Positions 1 to 9,000 of a stretch of 64,000 nucleotides of DNA are shown piece after piece. This DNA is from a virus. Location: IMG/VR virus record IMGVR_UViG_3300042502_001710, positions 1 to 64,000 of that record; one strand, written 5' to 3'. The position numbers and the translations under genes are program-made. Positions within the stretch are counted from its first letter, which is position 1, and every line of letters starts with the position of its first letter. The notes beneath the pieces were generated by a model, which saw only the letters and a program-made list of their open reading frames with translations, had not been told where the DNA came from and searched no databases.

Positions 1-3000
1 CTGTATCCATCCAACGATCTGCCGATAGACAATGGTTTTGGAACGTTTGCTGGACCGTCATTAGAATCAACAAACCTATGGTCCAATATCGATGAAGGCA
101 TTTATGAAGGTGTCTTGAAGGATCGTGGAGATTCCAATTTATTATCTGATGACAAAAACTCATACATTGAGCCAAACACTTTTCATACAGAGGGTCTTTT
201 TCAGTACAAGTGTGAACTTACTGACATGTATGTCAGACCCGAACACTCTTCTTTTAGAATAAGAGTAGCAACACCTCTGTATAATTATGAGTCTAAACTT
301 CCACCCCTGTATACATTGTATAATATCAAATTATCTGACCCATCAGGCAATTTAATAATCAAGTACAATGACATTCAGATGAGAGGCGATTCTACAGAAG
401 AATACGCTAATTTTACCACGTATTCATCTCTGCCTCAGACGAACGCAATAAATGAAAAATATGACTGGCAGCGAACCATTCCTCATATGTATCAGACGAC
501 TGGATATCAATTATCATTCAGTGTCAGAGCTGTGTCATTGGACGATTCGTTCAACAAGGGTTTCGACGAAGGCTTTGAAGAAAATTATATTATTCCAGAG
601 ATACTGAGCTATAGTGGCAATAATTATTTGGCAATTGACGGTCAACCTTTATCAAGCCTTGAAACAAGATTTATCAATCCTACCAGAGGGTTCAGAATAT
701 CGGCAGTAGAAATTTGCAACAGCGGCGGCTATGGTCCAAAACTAGAAAATTATTTACCGTTCCGTATACCTGTCAGAGAAATTGGACGAAGGCTAGAAAG
801 AAGCATCAATCCAACATTCATGGCTATCAGTACATACAACACGAGTATTTACCCATCAGTCAACAATAACGTATGGCAAGACGACACGACGATAACCGCT
901 GGATATCCAATAGGAGCAACAAATCAAGATGTTTGTGGCTCTAAAGAATTAATAAACATATTGAATGTTAAAAATGCCGATAGATTCATAAAATTACAAT
1001 CAACCAGCGGTGGAAATGTAGCAGATTCTGGAAAGTTGATTTTAAAGTTTCAAACTGGATACAATAAAGTAGATGAAATTACAAACGGTGATTTCAACTT
1101 CTCTTTTGATCAAGGCACCAACACGACATGGTGGAAACCAAGTGGAGCATTCAGTGTAGAAAAACGTATTGAAAATATTCAAGAAGATATTTGTTTTTAT
1201 AACGTTGAATCCCTAACACTAAAAGTTCTTGCTAAAAAACAGGTTGGTAGCCGAGATTATATCTTAGACGTTGTGGGGTACAGCAACGATGGTTTGTTGG
1301 CTGTAACACCTCCGTCTGGCGGATTTATTCAAGATCCATCTGGAGTTTTCTTGAATGACGCTTTTGTTTCCAACGTTGGCAACCATCCCGTGCTATCTGG
1401 ATTTCACAGAGGTGATTCAGACAGAACAATCGGTGGAGGTTCATTGTCTGAAAATGACACTTACTTTGAATCAAGCGGAAACGATCATTATCGATTGGCT
1501 CAATACCCAGTTGTCTCCAGTACAGGTTTTCAACTTTATGAAATACCGTTGGTTATACTGGATGATAATGTAAAGTTGGGTTTGTCTAGAGATTACAGTC
1601 TTAGTTCTTTCCTAGAAAATGTGTACCTTGATATATTCCCATTGCCAAGCGGTGCAGCTATTGGATACGCAGAATTGTGCGTTAGATATGCTCCTGCCAA
1701 TGCCGTGAATTTATACGCTCAAGGTGGAGAGAAGTTTGGTAAAACACAGGATGGAAGATCTGAAGCGGCACTGTATCCTTCTGGTATGCAATCTTATGAT
1801 AGCGTACTCAATGCTGGATCTGGATATGGGCCAATATCTAGAATACAAAACATTCCCCATGCTTATGGTTCGCCAAATACAATAAGAACCAACTACGCTC
1901 GAAGATGGAAAGGAATGGAAGGTCTGACAGAAGGGGATTTTCATCCCAATATGTTTGATTTTTCATTCTATAATCCATTGTTAGATTCTCCATTTAATTT
2001 TGGTTTTTATGATTTTGATGATAATGATGGTCATGCAATAAATCCACACAATAACACCGGAAATGGCGGTGTTTTACACACAACTTATGGTAATGGTAAA
2101 TATAGATACAAGAATATTGGATGGAGATTCAACAATCACACATTATTTAACGATCAGCTATCTGGATATACCGGCTTGTATCAAACAACAGACTGGACAT
2201 CTTTGAGCAATGGAGCGGCTAATTTCACAAGTGATCAGCTATACGGTCAGATCGCAGATGCTTTTAACAGTATAGTAAGAATTAGCGGACAAAACTCTTA
2301 TATTGATTTTAATCATTCTTTAGATACTTCCGATGGATTTGTTTCTTATATTAAATTTACACCAGACGTAAATGTCAGCGGTGTTGGTTATAATTTATTT
2401 AATAGCGGAGTACTTGTGTCTAAATGGGGTCGCCACAATACTCATGGAGGAAGAGAATTAGAGTTTGCTGTATCTTACGAAAACGGTTATCTCTGCGGTT
2501 TAGCTCGCAGCACAACTGGAAATATTATTAAAATAACTGACACTGCTCATTATTCAGAATATCAATATCCACTTGCGGTTATTCTTACTTATAACGATAA
2601 GGGTTTGAGTGGATTAAAATTATATACAGACAACGAATTTGCTTATCCTTGGAATACATTGCGTGCTAGTTCTACTCCATTTGATATCTATGTCGGAGAC
2701 AGCGATGTTATAGTAGGGTTTTCTACTGGTTCTGGCGTTGGTATGAATATGTTTGTTAGTGAGTTTGGCCTTGCATCTGGTTGTAAAATAGTTCAATCAG
2801 ATCCAGATTTACAACTCAAAGAGACTAGCGCAGATGTATTTTTAGCAAATCAAAGAGTTAAACTATGGAATCCTTCTGAATCACACACAAATGATAGATT
2901 CACATTGTGGCAAAACGTTGACGAAGATACGTACAATGATTGGCACGTAGGTGACTTTAAGTATTGCCAATTTGACGCTTCGTTTGACTTCTTGACAAAA

Positions 3001-6000
3001 CGCACAGGTCGTGATCTGATTTCCTTCAATTTGAAGAGCGACGGCGTTGGTTATTCCAACAAGACAAATATAACGCTTCCAACATCTATTGATAACACTG
3101 TCGCTTACCACACTCAGATAGAAAATGACTTTTTAAGATTTCATTTATCTGACGTTGTGGATAATTTTTACGCAGTCAACAGAAGAATAACCAAGAGCAT
3201 ACCAGTTGGATATAAATTTTCTGAACGAGCCCTCGTTGTAGAAACCATTGTTGAGCATAAATTTGGAGATGGAATAAAGTGGCCATCTTGCGAAACAATC
3301 GCTCCATCTGGTCCAAAGTTTATCGTTAGCTTGTACACAAAGAAACAAGACCCATATTGGACAACAGAAGAACCAAACTGGGGATTGGTAAACAGAAAAA
3401 TCCATTACATCGAACCGTCTAGCTGTTTTGTTAAGTTAGAATCTACGTTTGATTATGAAGATCTGATTGATGAAACAGAGCCTTGGGCTGTATTCCCAAA
3501 AGAACCAAGGTTAAAAGATTTTTCAGAAAGATACTTCAAAGACGATGTAAATCAAATGTTCGTTCAATACGATCTGGTTTATCCTTCTGGACCAGCGTTT
3601 GAATCCAGAATAGATATGCACTCTTCTCATGTGAGAATGGTAGATGCTAATATTTTGGCACTGGGTTCTTCCGGTATATTCAATCTGAATGTTAGTGGAG
3701 CTTTTCCAGCTTCTAGCCAAATCAATCTTAGTATTGGCGGTTTCCCAAGAGAAACCAGCGGAATATTACCGTTGATAGTTCAGGTTCCTATACCTTATAA
3801 TATATTCAACGAAGTGGATCATCCTTCTGGATTTTGCTTGAATGTAAGTGGAGCTTTTACTGAATTTAATTCATTAAATCTATTTATACCTCCTCAATCT
3901 GGATACAGCTATTTTAATTTAAATATCAGCGGAGAATTACCAACGTCGCTGAGTAGCGGCTTGTCTTTATCTATGCCTAAAGTTTTAGGTATGCTTGATA
4001 CATCAGATGATGGAAACCCAAGCACATCTGTTGGTAGTTTCTTTGGTATGCCATTGACTCTGGTCAACATAGAGTTGGCAGGTAAACCAGAAGGTCCAGT
4101 ATTAAATCTTAATCTATTCGCTTCTTCTGGAAACGTGGGCGTTTTATCTTCATTGCCATTGTTTTTACATAACCAGCAATTGAACAGACAAAAAGGCAGT
4201 GCCAGTGGAGTAATCGGATTGACCATAGTTGGTCATAATCAAGGGGTGTCTACACGACGTTCACACTCTATGCCTTTGTACATAAATGCTCCAAATGTTA
4301 TAAATCAATCGATGCCTTTGTATGTTCATAGCCCTTTGGTAAGATCCTTGTTGAATGGATCTCTAAATTTTGTAACAGCAAACTATAGCTCTAACTTTGG
4401 ATCTTCTTTGGCTGTATGGAACAGCAGTAGCTATGGATCTCCAATAGAACTTGCAGACAATCATGTTGCGTTTCTGCCTGCAAACAATGAAATCAGAGGT
4501 GTAGATTTAATAGGTTATGGATCATGCACAGGCGACAGCCCAAGCAAAGCTATAGATAAAGCCTTAGTGACTGACGGCGTTACGTGGAGACAAGAAACAT
4601 GCAATGATGGAGGCATATTCAGAGCAAAGAATACGTACACAAACTCTGGAGCAATTAATTTTGAGGGTGGATTTGGATATAGCGGAAATTACTATGGAAT
4701 AAGAAAGTTTGATCAGCTATTGCCATCGCTTGCTTACAAGACCACCGTGGTTATTAAAACTGGGTCTAATGAAGCTATTCCTGTTCCAAGAACATTCGAA
4801 GAATGGGAATACGGAATGTGTGGACCAGCTTGGTATCCAGACAATAGCGGTTGCTGCACTGAAGATTGTGATCAAAACATAGTATTCTCAGGAGTGAAGT
4901 TGATATCTGATTCTGGCAGAAACGTAAATGATAATTATGGGCAACAGGTGCGTGTCAGCAATGATCTGATGGCTATCTCTGCTCCCAACATTACAATCTC
5001 AGATTATTCACCTTACGACGCAGCCACAGTGAACGTATCTGGAGCTGGATCTGTATTCTTGTACAGAAGAGGTTCTGATCAAGCTGGCAAAAAGGCTGGA
5101 TGGTCTTACTCTGAACAGTTGATGTTGCCATCTGGTTTTAGAAAAGATTACATACAAAGAACAGCACAAAATCTACTTACATTTGATCAATTCTCTATAT
5201 CTGGAAACAAATGGCAGATTGGACAAGAGGGCAGAAAATTCGGAGAATCCTTAGATATTTGTTCCAGTGGTGAACGTGAGATTGTGGTTGTGGGTGCTCC
5301 AAGAGCCAAGTGGTCAAGAAGCTTCTCTGACATTGCTGTATCTGGCATTCCAACGGCAGGAATAATATTCACAGACTTGTTTGAATACGAAAAAGAAAAG
5401 CTGCAAAGTGTAGCTGCAACAGCTCAAAAATTTAATACACTATGGAAATATTTCTCTGCACCTTGGAACAGCGGACCAAACGAATGGTACGCTCAAATCA
5501 AACCTAAATTGATAGTGCTACAATTAACTTTTTCAAATAGAAATTATCCTGTTATACCAACCGATGAGTCTTCATGGTTTGTACACAAATATATTCCTAG
5601 ATTGGATGATACAGAATTACTGTTTAATGTTGGATCAGGACTTTTAGGTGGATCAGGAGATTCTGTCAAATTCAGAGCTTCTGGAATACCAGTTGTATTC
5701 AACCAAATGCTCAGCGGAGTAAAGTCCGCTTTCTTCGAAGCGTTTCCTAGCGGTTCTACTGAATTCTCAGTGTATAGCGGTATACCAGCTATCATTGGTC
5801 TTTTCAAAGAGCAAACAGGATCTACTGCACGGGCGCTAAAATATAACGGCAACAATGGCGTAGTAGACATTTATGATGAGTTTGAAAAGTTTTATTTAGC
5901 TCACTCTTACGCGAGTGGAGTCAAAGATCTTGTTCAAAATATTGCGCAAAGTGGTCATCTGAACAAGATCGCTGGCAAGTCTGAAACATGGGATACCACT

Positions 6001-9000
6001 TGCAAGCAGTTGTTTGAAAATACATTCGATAGCGGAAGATTGTCCTCAGGATACACGAACACTACTTTAAACAGAAACTTTATAGCAAGTGGGGTTGGTC
6101 AAGAATGGGGCTCTACTCACGGATCTGTTGTCACAGAATTTCAAGTACCACCAGCTTCTGGCGGAAGAGTTTATATATTTGAAAAAGAAAGAAACACTTT
6201 CAATTGTATACAAGTCATTGTGTCTCCAAACGATAAGCTAGAATTTAATCTTTCCACGATGGATAGCTTGGGTTCGATATACGGAAAGACATACAACGAT
6301 AGGTTTGGACACGCCGTTTCTATAAGTAAAAATGGAGAAGTTGTAGCAGTCGGTTCTCCGTGGAACGATAAAGCTTGTAATGTTTTTGAACGAAATGAAC
6401 AAGAAGCCAAGAAGGTTTACGACAATGTTCGTAGCTGGTGTGTTTCTACGAACAAGCCACAAGCTGTCAGTCATTACGATTCTATAGCGTCTCAATCTGG
6501 ACAAACTATAGCAAAAGTATCTACGTACGACTTTATGCAATCCTCAGAAAGATTTGAATATAGAAATGATATCAATTTCTGGGGAACTCTGCCAACTCCT
6601 TACAAAATGACATATCAGTATGGGCACAATGATATTCAATACCTAGGAACCAGACAGTTCTTGCCATCTACGTTCGCTTCAATGTCGAGGCTCGGATGGA
6701 GCTGTGCTGTAGACCAAGACGGAGAAACCGTAGCGTTCGGAGCACCCACAGACTGCTTCAATGAGTTTGAAGACACTAATGTTTGGGGTGATAATATTCT
6801 TTCTTGGGCTTCATACACAAACGCTGGAGCGGTGAGAGTATTCCAAAACAGAAAATATTATCCTCATGACAAAGTTGTTGAGTTTGGAAGGTTTGGCAAT
6901 CTTGACAGATCTTCTCATCCTGAAGAAAGAGCTTTGGGTTATTATGATAATTCCAATTGGCCTTTGATCTTTGCTTCTGGGTCAAATGGCACGACTGGAT
7001 ATCAAGGTAAATCTTGGAGAAGAACTGGTTTCTCTGAAATAGAAATCCCCAGAGACGCTGGTCTTGCGTTTATTGTCACTCCAGAATTAGATGCCGCAAG
7101 TGATGAAATTATTCAAAACATCAAAGATTGGTTGTCTTTGGGTGATAGAAATCTTGTTGTTGTTGGCAACGACCCTGTGTGGGAAGAAGATGGATTGTAT
7201 GAAGATTCAAATAAAATTGTAAACAAAATTCTGGAAAAATTAGGCTCCAGAATGAGAATACATCCTGCACGTAACGTTGAATATTCTGCTCAAGGATGCA
7301 TTTCTCAACAAGATGTTTCTAACAATAAATACAATGCTACTCAATCTTTCTTGCCAGATAGATCAGCAGGAAGAACCATTGAGCATCATGGAGAATATTA
7401 TATCAAGGGTGTTGGCGATATTCGAATAGATTTGTCTAGAGATAATCTTGATGAATTTTTTGAAAATCTCAATTGCCCAGAAGGAGCTACTTGTGGCGAC
7501 GGTCCTGCTCCAATTATAAATTCAAAATGTGAATTTCCATTAAAAGGAATCTTAGGCGATTTACGAACCCAATGGAAAGAACAGTGCGTAAAAACAACTC
7601 CAAAGACTTGCAGCGTAGTGTCGTATTATAAAAACTGGCCTTTACAGTTTGAGAACTTTACTATAGATTGTGATAGCCCTCCTCAGCCATTGTTCAAAAA
7701 ACGCAATGAAGAGCCTGTGCCAGTCTTGACGACCGCTGAACACTTGCCTCCAACTTCTTGGTACAATCCAGCTACATCTGGATTGATATGGGATACTTTT
7801 CAACCACAGGTTTATAAGGTAGACAAGCAGTTTGAAGAAAAGATATCTTTTGCGGCAAATAATATAAATGAACTTGCGTTCCATATAACAGAAAATGGAC
7901 CCTCTGTTGTTAGTGGAAACTTTAACACATTTTATTATAACGGAGATATGTTCGACCCTGCTCTTGAAAATGGTCGTGACGGCTTGATGCAATCTGCTGG
8001 TAAAATTTTATCTGAAGCTGTAGATGTAACAGAAACGGTTTACCCAGATCAGATAGTAGCTCTCGTAGAGTCTGGAAGAAAACCAGATGGATCATTTAAT
8101 AATTCTCGTATTTATGTCTTGGCTACGCAGTGGAGTGAAGATGATGCTAGTCGTGGCATTGGTAGTAGAATTAGTGACGCCACGTTGAATGACGATAAGA
8201 ATACAGAGTTTTATATAAATATGATTCGTAAAGATTGCCTGTATGCTCCAAAGGGTCTGCAGATCAATGGCTTTACAGGAAGAACATCTCTCAGCAACGC
8301 ATATTACTTGTCTGGTGATTCCATCGTTAATTATAAATTAGGGGTTGACTTAGACGCTACGTTTAGTCCTAATGGATTTTTCACAGAAAACAGTGAGATG
8401 AGAGATGTCAACGAATCTATAGACTTTGTGTGGTTGGCGTTTCCATCTGGAAAACCTTCCAGTGAAGATTTAACGACACTAAACAACTGGCTTGACTTTG
8501 GCAACAAGAAGATAATTCTAACTTACAGCGCTGTAAAAGATAGCACCGCCCAAGAAATATCTGACAATATCACATATCTTTGCAGTGGTCTGAGAATGAC
8601 AAGCAAGCCAATGTACTTACCAAAACTTGGCAAGTATTACTTGTCAGACAAGTTGAGCGGATACACGCCAATCGACAACAAGCAATTGATAAACTATGCA
8701 ACAGACAGCATCAGCGGTTGTGACGATGGGTATGCCTTCACACATCCTAATTACCAAGATTCTACAAGTCTTAGTGGAATAGATTTCAATACAAACACAG
8801 CTACGATCAGCGTTGCGTCTCAAAGTGAAGAGTTTTCATACGCAAGCAGAACAAACTTTGTGCCATTATCAGGAGGCCAAAATTTTGAAAGAATACTATC
8901 TTTCTTGCCTGAGATAAAGCAAACCTATAAAGTATATGGAGCTAAAAACACTTGGCAGATTAACGGTGCTGGCGCTGTTACTTTCCCTATTTTACCCGGA

